Source: Macrostomum hystrix
Taxonomy: Eukaryota; Animalia; Platyhelminthes
Direction of reading: 5' to 3'
Length of the DNA stretch: 64,000 nucleotides
Assembly (NCBI GenBank): GCA_950097015.1
Contig: CATNEN010000003.1
Span: 10,478,001-10,542,000 of the forward strand
Positions within the stretch are counted from its first letter, which is position 1. Each line of letters begins with the position of its first letter. The notes under the pieces are model-generated. The model saw only the letters and a list, made by a program, of their open reading frames with translations, made no database searches and had not been told where the DNA came from. The translations under genes and the position numbers were made by a program. Of this stretch, positions 46,901 through 59,976 are shown one piece after another.

Positions 46901-49599
46901 AGCTAATGTCCCTGCGGACCTTTTCTTCAATTTTCTCCCTCTCAAAAGTATTCCGCTAAAACTCAGTTTTCCAACCCTCTAACTACTCAACTCGGTCCTT
47001 ACAGATCGGCGGCAATCCCCTCTCAACAACTGGCTGCATGGACATTCTGGAAGCTCTCACCGGTTTGGATTGCTCAGTTAGCCTGCTAGATTTGAGGGTA
47101 ATTTTCTAGTTGCACTACTTAGTCTGTAAATAAAAGTAGCAAGTAACGTATTAAACAAAAGTTAAAAAACGTACTTTCAGTTTATTAAAACTGTAATTTA
47201 CATTTTTAGAAACAGCATGTTTCTATTTTTAGAAACAGTGTGTTTCTATTTTTAGATACAGTGTGTTTCTATTTTTAGAAACAGTGTGTTTCCATTTTTA
47301 GAAACAGTGTGTTCTTTTTAGAAACAAAATGTTTCTATTTTTAGAATCAGTGTATTTTTTAGAAACAGTATGCTTCCGTTTTTAAATACAATATGTTTTA
47401 ATTTATAGAATGTTTAAAAATGGAATAGAATGCCTAAAAACATCACGTGACAGCATTTCTTTATTTACACAGGGCAACAGCGTCACCAACGATTTCGACT
47501 TTCTAGCCAAGACCATCGGCGCCGGGCGAGAGTTTCGCTGTCTACACGACGGTGTACTACCGTCGCACGATCTGATTGGTCAGAGGCGCGAACTGAGACG
47601 CGATCCAATGGCTCAGGTGGTCGAGTACATGGAACGCTTCCAACTGAGACCGTTGGAATTATTGAGATCGTTCGATAAAAGCGTCATGCTGCAGATGGGT
47701 AAGGCGGAGTTTACCGCTAGATTGCAGGTGAGAATCAATTCCGACTGATTGCGCTTTGCTAGTCTATTAAATTCCTATAGGGTAAGATAGTTAGTTACAC
47801 GTAACTATCTGTTAGATAAAGAGCTTTCACCTGTTAGATAAAGAGCTTTCACCTGTTAGATAAAGAGCTTTCATCTGTTAGATAAAGAGCGTTCACCTGT
47901 TAGATAGTTAGCTCTCACCTGTTAGATAAAGAGCGTTCACCTGTTAGATAGTTAGCTCTCACCTGTTAGATAAGAGCTTTCACCTGTTAGATAAAGAGCG
48001 TTCACCTGTTAGATAAAGAGCTCTCACCTGTTAGATAAAGAGCTTTCACCTGTTAGATAAAGAGCTTTCACCTGTTAGATAAAGAGCTTTCACCTGTTAG
48101 ATAAAGAGCTTTCACCTGTTAGATAAAGAGCTTCACCTGTTAGATAATTAGTAGTCTCCTAGTTGACAAAAAGGTTTGTCTGCTTTGATATTAATACATA
48201 TTCCAGTTTAAGACAATCAAACAGTGCTTAGCAAATCGTATCTGCTTTTATTTTAAACGTATCAGAAAGCCGGCCTACACCTGAAGGAGGACGAAGTGGA
48301 AGATATTATCTACCAGCTGAAGAAGGGAGGCGAGGGGCGCAGCAAACAGGAGAAGCTCAAGGGAGACATCAACTACAAGTGGGTTGCTGTGCTTATTGAA
48401 TAGGGGGGAATAGAGTCTGATGCACTGAAGGAACACGTGGAATAGAGTCTGATGCACTGAAGGAACACGTGGAATAGAGTCTGATGCCCTGAAGGAACAC
48501 GGGGAATAGAGTCTGATGCCCTGAAGGAACATGGGGAATAGAGGCTGATGCACTGAAGTAACACGGGGAATAGAGGCTGATGCACTGAAGGAACACGGGG
48601 AATAGAGGCTGATGCACTGAAGGAACACGGGGAATAGAGGCTGATGCCCTGAAGGAACACGGGGAATAGAGGCTGATGCGCTGAAGGAACACGGGGAATA
48701 GAGGCTGATGCGCTGAAGGAACACGGGGAATAGAGCCTGATGCACTGAAAGAAAGGGAAATAGAGCCTGATGCACTGAAGGAACACGGGGAATAGAGGCT
48801 GATGCGCTGAAGGAACACGGGGAATAGAGGCTGATGCGCTGAAGGAACACGGGGAATAGAGCCTGATGCCCTGAAGGAACACGGGGAATAGAGGCTGATG
48901 CGCTGAAGGAACACGGGGAATAGAGCCTGATGCCCTGAAGGAACACGGGGAATAGAGCCTGATGCCCTGAAGGAACACGGGGAATAGAGGCTGATGCGCT
49001 GAAGGAACACGGGGAATAGAGGCTGATGCGCTGAAGGAACACGGGGAATAGAGCCTGATGACCTGAAGGAACACGGGGAATAGAGCCTGATGCCCTGAAG
49101 GAACACGGGGAATAGAGGCTGATGCCCTGAAGTAACACGGGGAATCGTAAAGCAGTAAACTAAATTAATAACTCACTAAGAGATTTTGTGAATCTTCAGA
49201 AAGTTCAGCGAAGGCTTTCGAGACCAGCGCAGGAAAGAGCGCTTGATGAAAATTCAGGAGAAAAATCTGCAAAAGAAGCTGAAGACCTATCACAATGACA
49301 TCCTGACTGAGGGCGCGCCGAAGCAGAGGGTCAGCGACGAACTCGGCCGGCTCTCATTGGCTGACGTGTTCTATGATCGGCCGATCGATCCGGTTGCCAC
49401 GGAAACCACCCTGCCACCAGTGGGACTGCTGGAGCCGCTGACCAATGGACCTGTCAAAACTGACAAGCTGCAGCTGGGTGCGAACAAGAAGTCAGGCCAT
49501 CATCGGCAGACCAAGAAGCACTCTAGAACGGGCGGCAAAAAGTCTGCTGCCTCTAAAAGGAAGGCTGAAAAAAAGTCCGCTGGGAAGAGAACTGCCTAG
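43955..49599 (+). CDS. Leucine-rich repeat protein, LRRC74A/B-like (RI-type LRRs, EF-hand-like region, basic tail), about 621 aa; exons 43955-44081, 44687-44949, 45020-45127, 45626-45719, 46331-46743, 47005-47097, 47473-47727, 48266-48378, 49200-49599
   Basis: 28-aa LRRs (LDLSSNQIGEEGG, LNLSNNRFSETGA, LAWNGFGYEGA, LDVSHCRINWQGA); N-terminal SDTDLD. Eight GT-AG introns, phase-consistent, 1866 nt. The start codon is less certain. Confidence 0.88.
44093..44665. repeat. 20-bp minisatellite (TGATTAGAACAGGTRGATCA)n, LRR gene intron 1
   Basis: Direct tandem units. Confidence 0.96.
45177..45590. repeat. 29-bp minisatellite (GGGAGTGAGGTGGCTGTCTATTTGAGGCA)n, intron 3
   Basis: Direct tandem units. Confidence 0.93.
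45902..46190. repeat. 23-bp minisatellite (CTTCTAAAAATAGAAACATACTG)n, intron 4
   Basis: Direct tandem units. Confidence 0.94.
47203..47385. repeat. 23-bp minisatellite (CAGTGTGTTTCTATTTTTAGAAA)n, intron 6; reverse complement of the intron-4 unit
   Basis: The reverse complement of the intron-4 unit is CAGTATGTTTCTATTTTTAGAAG. Confidence 0.88.
47808..48147. repeat. 22-bp minisatellite (CTGTTAGATAAAGAGCTTTCAC)n, intron 7
   Basis: Direct tandem units. Confidence 0.95.
48404..49145. repeat. 32-bp minisatellite (GGAATAGAGGCTGATGCACTGAAGGAACACGG)n, intron 8
   Basis: Direct tandem units. Confidence 0.96.
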
Positions 49600-49732
49600 A
49601 ACCCTATGTAAAATGGGGACTTTCGAGGTTGACTACTTTTAATAGACTGCTTAAACCAATGACGACAGATTGTATTTTAATACTGCTTCACAATTTTAGA
49701 ACCATTTGCTTATATTCTGAATATGAAAGATT

Positions 49733-50109
49733 GAATGGATTGCTAGTCTAGCCTCTCAGTGGATGAAGGAACAGAATGGATTGCTAGTCTAGCCTCTCAG
49801 TGGATGAAGGAACAGAATGGATTGCTAGTCTAGCCTCTCAGTGGATGAAGGAACAGAATGGATTGCTAGTCTAGCCTCTCAGTGGATGAAGGAACAGAAT
49901 GGATTGCTAGTCTAGCCTCTCAGTGGATGAAATATTGAATGGATTGCTAGTCTAGCCTCTCAGTGGATGAAAGATTGAATGGATTGCTAGTCTAGCCTCT
50001 CAGTGGATGAAAGATTGAATGGATTGCTAGTCTAGCCTCTCAGTGGATGAAGGAACAGAATGGATTGCTAGTCTAGCCTGTCAGTTGATGAAGGAATAGA
50101 ATGGATTGG
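49733..50109 (+). repeat. 41-bp dispersed minisatellite family, array 3
   Basis: About 9 units, 3' of the LRR gene stop. Confidence 0.95.
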
Positions 50110-50499
50110 AATAAAATAGAATAAAGTACGGTTTTATTAAGGGATGGGTTTAGAACCTACTACCAGTAGTGTTATTGGCAAATATGTTGTGCCTACTGTC
50201 TACTGTCTAAGCTTACTGTCTAATGCTTTTGTTTTTGTAGATGATTGTGAAATCACAGTTCTTGGATCGACTCGACAAGACACGTTATCAATTTTTATCG
50301 AAGAAATTTTATATATTCTTGTGTTTTCTGTTGAAAAAAAATGTAAAGATTTAACTTAACTTTCAAGCTTTGAAAAATATGACTGCCCAATGCTTCGTTT
50401 AATAAATTATCGAATAATACCATTGGTTAGAAACTGCGTTCTTTTTTCTATTCAGTACAAAAGTATAAAAGTCATGGCACTCCAAACTCTCAATGTAGT

Positions 50500-53400
50500 C
50501 CCAAATCCAGATCCCTAATCTAGATCCCTAATCTAGATCCCTAATCTAGATCTTTAATCTAGATCCCTAATCAAGATCCAAAATCTAGAACCCTAATCTA
50601 AATCCTTAATCTAGATCCCTAATCTAGATCCCTAATCTAGATCCCTAATCAAGATCCAAAATCTAGAACCCTAATCTAAATCCTTAATCTAGATCCCTAA
50701 TCTAGATCCCTAATCTAGATCCCTAATCTAGATCCCTAATCTAGATCCCTAATCTAGATCCCTAATCAAGATCCAAAATCTAGAACCCTAATCTAAATCC
50801 TTAATCTAGATCCCTAATCTAGATCCCTAATCTAGATCCCTAATCTAGATCTCTAATCTAGATCTCTAATATAGATCTCTAATCTAGATCCCTAATCTAG
50901 ATCCCTAATCTAAATCCCTAATCTACAAGATCCCTAATCAAGATCTCTAATCTAGATCTCTAATCTAGATCCCTAATCTAGATCCCTAATCAAGATCTCT
51001 ATTCTAGATCCCTAATCAAGATCCAAAATCTAGAACCCTAATCTAAATCCTTAATCTAGATCCCTAATCTAGATCCCTAATCTAGATCCCTAATCTAGAT
51101 CTCTAATCTAGATCTCTAATATAGATCTCTAATCTAGATCCCTAATCTAGATCCCTAATCTAAATCCCTAATCTACAAGATCCCTAATCAAGATCTCTAA
51201 TCTAGATCTCTAATCTAGATCCCTAATCTAGATCCCTAATCAAGATCTCTATTCTAGATCCCTAATCTAGATCCCTAATCTAGATCTTTAATCTAGATCC
51301 CTAATCAAGATCTCTAATCTAGATCCCTAATCTAGATCCCTAATCTAGATCTTTAATCTAGATCCCTAATCAAGATCCAAAATCTAGATCCCTAATCTAG
51401 ATCCCTAATCTAGATCCCTAATATAGATCCCTAATCTAGATCTCTAATCTAGATCCCTAATCTAGATCCCTAATCTAAATCCCTAATCTACAAGATCCCT
51501 AATCAAGATCTCTAATCTAGATCTCTAATCTAGATCCCTAATCTAGATCCCTAATCAAGATCTCTATTCTAGATCCCTAATCTAGATCCCTAATCTAGAT
51601 CTTTAATCTAGATCCCTAATCAAGATCTCTAATCTAGATCCCTAATCTAGATCCCTAATCTAGATCTTTAATCTAGATCCCTAATCAAGATCCAAAATCT
51701 AGATCCCTAATCTAGATCCCTAATCTAGATCCCTAATATAGATCCCTAATCTAGATCTCTAATCTAGATCCCTAATCTAGATCCCTAATCTAAATCCCTA
51801 ATCTACAAGATCCCTAATCAAGATCTCTAATCTAGATCTCTAATCTAGATCCCTAATCTAGATCCCTAATCAAGATCTCTATTCTAGATCCCTAATCTAG
51901 ATCCCTAATCTAGATCTTTAATCTAGATCCCTAATCAAGATCTCTAATCTAGATCCCTAATCTAGATCCCTAATCTAGATCTTTAATCTAGATCCCCAAT
52001 CAAGATCCAAAATCTAGATCTCTAATCTACAAGATCTCTAATCTAGATCTCTAATCTAGATCCCTAATCTAGATCCCTAATCAAGATCTCTAATCTAGAT
52101 CCCTAATCTAGATCTCTAATCTACAAGATCTCTAATCTAGATCTCTAATCTAGATCTCTAATCTAGATCCCAAATCTAGATCCCTAATCTACAAGATCTC
52201 TAATCTAGATCTCTAATCTAGATCCCTAATCTAGATCCCTAATCAAGATCTCTAATCTAGATCCCTAATCTAGATCCCTAATCTACAAGATCTCTAATCT
52301 AGATCCCTAATCTAGATCTCTAATCTACAAGATCCAAAATCTAGAACCCAAATCTAAATCCCTAATCTACAAGATCTCTAATCTAGATCCCAAGTCTAGA
52401 TCCCTAATCTACAAGATCTCTAATCTAGATCCCTTATCTAGATCCCTAATCTAGATCCCTAATCTAGATCTCTAATCTAGATCCCTAATCAAGATCTCTA
52501 ATCTAGATCCCTAATCAAGATCTCTAATCTAGATCTCTTATCTAGATCTCTAATCTACAAGATCTCTAATCTAGATCTCTAATCTAGATCTCTAATCTAG
52601 ATCCCAAATCTAGATCCCTAATCTACAAGATCTCTAATCTAGATCCCTAATCTAGATCCCTAATCTAGATCCCTAATCTACAAGATCCAAAATCTAGAAC
52701 CCAAATCTAAATCCCTAATCTACAAGATCTCTAATCTAGATCCCTAATCTACAAGATCTCTAATCTAGATCCCAAATCTAGATCCCTAATCTACAAGATC
52801 TCTAATCTAGATCCCTTATCTAGATCCCTAATCTAGATCCCTAATCAAGATCTCTAATCTAGATCCCTAATCAAGATCTCTAATCTAAATCCCTAATCAA
52901 GATCTCTTATCTAGATCTATTATCTAGATCCCTAATCTAGATCCCTAATCTAGATCTTTAATCTAGATCCCTAATCAAGATCCAAAATCTCCAAGATCCC
53001 TAATCTAGATACCTAATCTAGATCCCTAATCTAGATCCCAAATCTAAATCCCTAATCTACAAGATCCCTAATCAAGATCTCTAATCTAGATCCCTAATCT
53101 AGATCCAAAATCTAGATCCCTAATCAAGATCCAAAATCTAGATCCCAAATCTAAAATCCCTAATCTACAAGATCCCTAATCTAGATCCCTAATCTAGATC
53201 CCTAATCTAGATCCCTAATCAAGATACAAAATATAGAACCCAAATCGAAATCCCTAATCTACAAGATCTCCAATCTAGATCCCAAATCTAGATCCCAAAT
53301 CTAGATCCCAAATCTACAAGATCCCTAATCAAGATCTCTAATCTAGATCCCTAATCTAAAATCCTAATCTACAAGATCCCTAATCAAGATCTCTAATCTA

Positions 53401-56400
53401 GATCCCTAATCTAGATCCAAAATCTAGATCCCTAATCTAGATCCCTAATCAAGATCCAAAATCTAGATCCCAAATCTAAAATCCCTAATCTACAAGATCC
53501 CTAATCAAGATCCAAAATCTAGAACCCTAATCTAGATCCCTAATCTAGATCCCTAATCTAGATCCCTAATATAGATCTCTAATCTAGATCTCTAATCTAG
53601 ATCTCTAATATAGATCTCTAATCTAGATCCCTAATCTAGATCCCTAATCTAGATCCCTAATATAGATCCCTAATCTAGATCTCTAATCTAGATCCCTAAT
53701 CTAGATCCCTAATCTAAATCCCTAATCTACAAGATCTCTAATCTAGATCCCTAATCAAGATACCTAATCTAGATCTTTAATCTAGATCCCTAATCTAGAT
53801 CTCTATTCTAGATCCCTAATCAAGATCTCTAATCTAGATCTTTAATCTAGATCCCTAATCTAGATCTCTATTCTAGATCCCTAATCAAGATCTCTAATCT
53901 AGATCTTTAATCTAGATCTCTAATCAAGATATCTAATCTAGATCCCTAATCAAGATCTCTAATCTAGATCTCTAATCTAGATCCCTAATCTAGATCCCTA
54001 ATCTAGATCTCTAATCTAGATCCCTAATCTAGATCCCTAATCAAGATCTCTAATCTAGATCCCTAATCTAGATCCCTAATCTAGATCCCTAATCAAGATC
54101 TCTAATCTAGATCCCTAATCTAGATCTCTAATCTAGATCCCTAATCAAGATCTAAAATCTAGAACCCAAATCTAAATCCCTAATCTACAAGATCTCTAAT
54201 CTAGATCCCTAATCTAGATCCCTAATCTAGATCCCTAATCTAGAACCCAAATCTAAATCCCTAGTCTACAAGATCTCTAGTCTAGATCCCTAATCTAGAT
54301 CCCTAATCTAGATCCCTAATCAAGATCTCTAATCTAGATCCCTAATCAAGATCTCTAATCTAGATCCCTAATCTAGATCTCTAATCTAGATCCCTAATCA
54401 AGATCTAAAATCTAGAACCCAAATCTAAATCCCTAATCTACAAGATCTCTAATCTAAATCCCTAATCTAGATCTCTAATCTAGATCCCTAATCTAGATCC
54501 CTAATCTAGATCCCTAATCTAGAACCCAAATCTAAATCCCTAGTCTACAAGATCTCTAGTCTAGATCCCTAATCTAGATCCCTAATCTAGATCCCTAATC
54601 TAGATCCCTAATCAGGATCCAAAATCTCCAAGATCCCTAATCTAGATCCCTAATCTTGATCCCAAATCTAAATCCCTAATCTACAAGATCCCTAATCAAG
54701 ATCCCTAATCTAGATCCCTAATCTAGATCCCTAATCAAGATCCAAAATTAAGATCTCTAATCTAGATCCCTAATCTAGATCCCTAATCAAGATCTCTAAT
54801 CTAGATCCCTAATCTAGATCCCTAATCTAGATCCCTAATCAAGATCCAAAATCTAGATCCCAAATCTAAATCCCTAATCTACAAGATCCCTAATCTAGAT
54901 CCCTAATCTAGATCCCTAATCTAGATCCCTAATCTAGATCCCTAATCTAGATCCCTAATCTAGATCCCTAATCTAGATCCCTAATCTAGAACCCAAATCT
55001 AAATCCCTAGTCTACAAGATCTCTAGTCTAGATCCCTAATCTAGATCCCTAATCTAGATCCCTAATCTAGATCTCTAATCTAGATCCCTAATCTAGATCC
55101 CTAATCAAGATCTCTAATCTAGATCCCTAATCTAGATCCCTAATCTAGATCCCTAATCAAGATCTCTAATCTAGATCCCTAATCTAGATCTCTAATCTAG
55201 ATCCCTAATCAAGATCTAAAATCTAGAACCCAAATCTAAATCCCTAATCTACAAGATCTCTAATCTAGATCCCTAATCTAGATCCCTAATCTAGATCCCT
55301 AATCTAGAACCCAAATCTAAATCCCTAGTCTACAAGATCTCTAGTCTAGATCCCTAATCTAGATCCCTAATCTACAAGATCTCTAATCTAGATCCCTAAT
55401 CTAGATCCCTAATCAAGATCCAAAATCTAGAACCCAAATCTAAATCCCTAGTCTACAAGATCTCTAGTCTAGATCCCTAATCTAGATCCATAATCTACAA
55501 GATCTCTAATCTAGATCCCTAATCTAGATCCATAATCTACAAGATCTCTAATCTAGATCCCTAATCTAGAACCCAAATCTAAATCCCTAGTCTACAAGAT
55601 CTCTAGTCTAGATCCCTAATCTAGAACCCAAATCTAAATCCCTAATCTACAAGATCTCTAATCTAGATCCCTAATCAAGATACCTAATCTAGATCCCTAA
55701 TCAAGATCTCTAGTCTAGATCCCTAATCTAGATCCCTAATCTAGATCTTTAATCTAGATCCCTAATCTAGATCTTTAATCTAGATCCCTAATCAGGATCC
55801 AAAATCTCCAAGATCCCTAATCTAGATCCCTAATCTTGATCCCAAATCTAAATCCCTAATCTACAAGATCCCTAATCAAGATCCCTAATCTAGATCCCTA
55901 ATCTAGATCCCTAATCAAGATCCAAAATTAAGATCTCTAATCTAGATCCCTAATCTAGATCCCTAATCAAGATCTCTAATCTAGATCCCTAATCTAGATC
56001 CCTAATCTAGATCCCTAATCAAGATCCAAAATCTAGATCCCAAATCTAAATCCCTAATCTACAAGATCCCTAATCTAGATCCCTAATCTAGATCCCTAAT
56101 CTAGATCCCTAATCTAGATCCCTAATCTAGATCCCTAATCTAGATCCCTAATCTAGATCCCTAATCTAGATCCAAAATCTAGATCCCAAATCTAAATCCC
56201 TAATCTACAAGATCCCTAATCTAGATCCCTAATCTAGATCCCTAATCTAGATCCCTAATCTAGATCCAAAATCTAGATCCCAAATCTAAATCTCTAATCT
56301 ACAAGATCCCTAATCTAGATCCCTAATCTAGATCCCTAATCTAGATCCCTAATCTAGATCTCTAATCTAGATCCCTAATCTAGATCCCCAATCTAGATCC

Positions 56401-56665
56401 CTAATCTAGATCCATAATCAAGATCTCTAATCTAGATCCCTAATCTAGATCCCCAATCTAGATCCCTAATCTAGATCCATAATCAAGATCCCTAATCTAG
56501 ATCCCTATTCTAGATCCCTAATCTAGATCCCTAATCTAGATCCCTAATCAAGATCCAAAATCTAGATCCCAAATCTAAAATCCCTAATCTGCAAGATCCC
56601 TAATCAAGATCTCTAATCTAGATACCTAATCTAGATCCCTAATCTAGATTCCTTGTCTAGATCCG
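50500..56665. repeat. 6.1-kb 13-bp satellite (TCTAGATCCCTAA)n with higher-order structure
   Basis: Direct tandem units with recurring variant blocks. Confidence 0.98.
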
Positions 56666-57689
56666 TTATCAATAATTTGAAGTACATTTTGAATCCTTAA
56701 TCATATCTATAAAACAAAAATATTGTTCCTTGAAATATTTTATAAATCTTAATATTGCATCATAAATTTCAAATTTTGCGGCAAATTCGTAATTTAATAC
56801 AAACAAATTTATTGTGATACATCTTTGTATGCAGATTCGCTAAAGAATAATCATACCTGCTATCCTTACCCCCCTCTCTCACACACAGAAACAGAAAAAC
56901 TAAAAACTGAGCATTCCATAAAGAAATTATAAAACACATTTTAGTCGTATTTTCTACCTCTTAAGAAATGAAGAATACACATTTTCATAACGAACAATTA
57001 CTTCGTGCTCGTGTGTTAAGGCACATTCATTGTGTGTTAAGGCAGAAAATGAAATTAAGACCATTCTGACAGACAAAAATGTATGAATATACGTTATTTG
57101 CATTCATTGAAGAGCGAAAATTATCACATAATTTGGCTAGTTTTTTTATCTGCTCAAGTCCTAATTCGTACGTTTTGTTAATTTGCTCATTCTTTAAGCC
57201 TTTCAACGCGAAAAACACCAGTTTTTTCACTGTACTGAATCTTGACTCAAAATAATATTCTGAGTACATAAAATCTAAGATTTGTTTAAATAAATAATTT
57301 TACTATTAAGCATACGACTTGAACTCACTTTTAGAATGAACTTAAAGCGCTGAAATTTAATTAGGCTATTGGCTGGATAGGATAAAAGGGGAATTTTAAT
57401 GAAAATTATTTGCCATAGGAAATAGCTAACAGCTAAACTTATATGGCTTGTACTAGCTAGTACATTATTCTGGAACAGCTGTCCTACTCGACAAGTGCGA
57501 CTTCTTAATCACCCGGCTTCGGTATGTCACTCGCCCACTCATTCTGCTTCTCTTGTCATGAAAGAAGTGAGATATTCTGTATTTTTACTCGCGACACAAC
57601 TTTGCGCCCTGTTCCATACTCATATATCGATTCTGGTTCTCGGCTTAATTGACTCTTTCGCATTTGTCTTCTGCCCTTACTCTTTTCTT

Positions 57690-58455
57690 TCCTCTCCACA
57701 TTCCTCTACCCATTCCTCTCTCCCTTCCTCTCTCCCCTCCTCTAGCCTTCCCTCTCTCCCTTCCTTTACCCGTTCCTCGCTCCTTTTCACTCTTCCGTCA
57801 TCTCTCCATTCCTTCCTCCAATCCTCTCCCCATTCCTCTCTTCCTTCATCTCTCCATTCCTCTCTCCTTCCTCTCTCCATTCCTCTCTCCTTCATCTCTC
57901 CATTCCTCTTTCCTTCCTCTCTCCCTTCATCTCTCCATTCCTCTCTCCCTTCATCTCTCCATTCCTCTCTCCCTTCATCTCTCCATTCCTCTCTCCATTC
58001 CTCTCTCCATTCCTCTCTCCCTTCATCTCTCCATTCCTCTCCCCCTTCATCTCTCCATTCCTCTCTCCATTCCTCTCTCCATTCCTCTCTCCCTTCATCT
58101 CTCGATTCCTCTCTCCTTCATCCCTCCATTCCTCTCTCCATTCCTCTCTCCTTCATCCCTCCATTCCTCTCTCCATTCCTCTCTCCTTCATCTCTCCATT
58201 CCTCTCTCCTTCATCCCTCCATTCCTCTCTCCATTCCTCTCTCCTTCATCCCTCCATTCCTCTCTCCATTCCTCTCTCCCTTCATCTCTCCATTCCTCTC
58301 TCCATTCCTCTCTCCCTTCATCTCTCCATTCCTCTCTCCTTCATCTCTCCATTCCTCTCTCCTTCATCCCTCCATTCCTCTGTCCATTCCTTTCTCCTTC
58401 ATCTCTCCATTCATCTCTCCTTCATCTCTCTCCCTTTCTCTCTCCCTTCATCTCC
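57690..58455. repeat. Pyrimidine-rich repeat (TCCTCTCTCCAT / CCCTTCATCTCTCCAT)n
   Basis: Direct inspection. Confidence 0.93.
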
Positions 58456-59159
58456 CTATAATTTTGTTTGGGATTGGACTGAAAAATAGAAAATAGCATT
58501 TCTTTGAAAGTCCGCATTCTTAAATGAAATTTTTTAATATCCTAAGAAGTCAATGCACAAAATAGCGTAGAGGGAGAGAGACAGAGAGACAGAGAGACGG
58601 CAGGAGCTAAATAAAAGTCAAGTTAAGGCATATTTTACCAACGCGTCCCACGCACGGCGCTCGTTGTCCCTGACAACGGCCTTCCATTCTCCCCATCCGA
58701 CTAAGCTTGACCACACTAAAGCGCTCATTGCTTATAGGGAATGAGGAAGGCTGGAGTTGCTGCTCAACCAATCCAGGTGAGCATTGTGGTAAGGAGGAAG
58801 AATGGAAGTCCATTTAGAAGCTGTACAAACAGCTTACCGGGTTAACTTTTCCCATTTATTTTATAAAAGTTTACAGTCGCTGAACAGAATATACAGTGTC
58901 AGATTGAACAATAAATCGAGCCAAATGAATTTCACTCACAATTGTACGTATTGACGACGGCTATCAACAGTACTACTGGGCAGCATTTGGTGAGTCCCAC
59001 TTAACACTTTTAACTCGTGTGTAAAGAACTAGTTAGTAACAGTGTATGGCCTTCAGTATCAAGAATGTGGCGACTCTTAGTGATTTTATTTATACTTCCG
59101 GCGAGCGGACACAGCGAAATTCCTGGGTCAACTAGCCCAGGTCCTTACAATTCTACAGT

Positions 59160-59728
59160 CCCGCGTCTCATCTCTCCCGTGTCTCATCTCTCCCGCGTCT
59201 CATCTCTCCCGTGTCTAATCTATCCCGTGTCTTATCTGACCGGTGTCTCGCGCATCTCTCCCCTGTCTTATCTGACCGGTGTCTCATCTCTCCCGTGTCT
59301 CATCTCTCCCGTGTCTAATCTCTCCCGTGTCTCATCTCTCCCGTGTCTCATCTCTCCCGTGTCTCATCTCCCCCGTGTCTAATCTCTCCCGTGTCTTATC
59401 TGACCGGTGTCTCATCTCTCCCCTGTCTTATCTGACCGGTGTCGCATCTCTCCCGTCTCTCATCTGACCGGTGTCTCATCTCTCCCCTGTCTCATCTCTC
59501 GGCCGTGTCTCATCTCTCCCGTGTCTCATCTCTCCCGTGTCTAATCTCTCCCGTGTCTCATCTCTCCCGTGTCTCATCTCTCCCCTGTCTCATCTCTCCC
59601 GTGTCTAATCTCTCCCTTGTCTCATCTCTCCCGTGTCTCATCTCTCCCTTGTCTCATCTCTCCCGTGTCTCATCTCTCCCGTGTCTCATCTCTCCCGTGT
59701 CTCATCTCTCCCGTGTCTCATCTCTCAT
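59160..59728. repeat. 16-bp minisatellite (TCTCATCTCTCCCGTG)n
   Basis: Unit closely related to the one inside the hAT MITE at 7653-8310. Confidence 0.94.
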
Positions 59729-59976
59729 GTGCCGTCTAATAAAAATGTGACAGTGGAGTTGGTCTGAATGTAAAAATCGCAGTGAAACGAATTCTTACCT
59801 GCAGGGGGTGGCAGAGAGAAGCGAGCAGGCCAGCTGAAAACCGAGTTGAGCATTCTCTCCATTCACTGACCAATCAGCGAGCTCAAACTGAACTCGGCCA
59901 GCCTGACAGCCCCAAACAGAGTGCACAACACTTTCTATGTATTATAAAACTCCCTCAGCCCAGCCAACGCATTTCC

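Noticed and set aside
48275-49138. Three overlapping minus-strand ORFs of 233-287 aa
   Set aside because: 32-bp array in LRR gene intron 8.
50500-56665. Telomere or interstitial telomeric array
   Set aside because: CCCTAA occurs once per 13-bp unit, never as (CCCTAA)n, and genes lie on both sides.
57495-59750. S/L/P/H-rich ORFs, also those at 7412-8362 and 25509-26266
   Set aside because: Low-complexity or minisatellite translations without domain or splice support.
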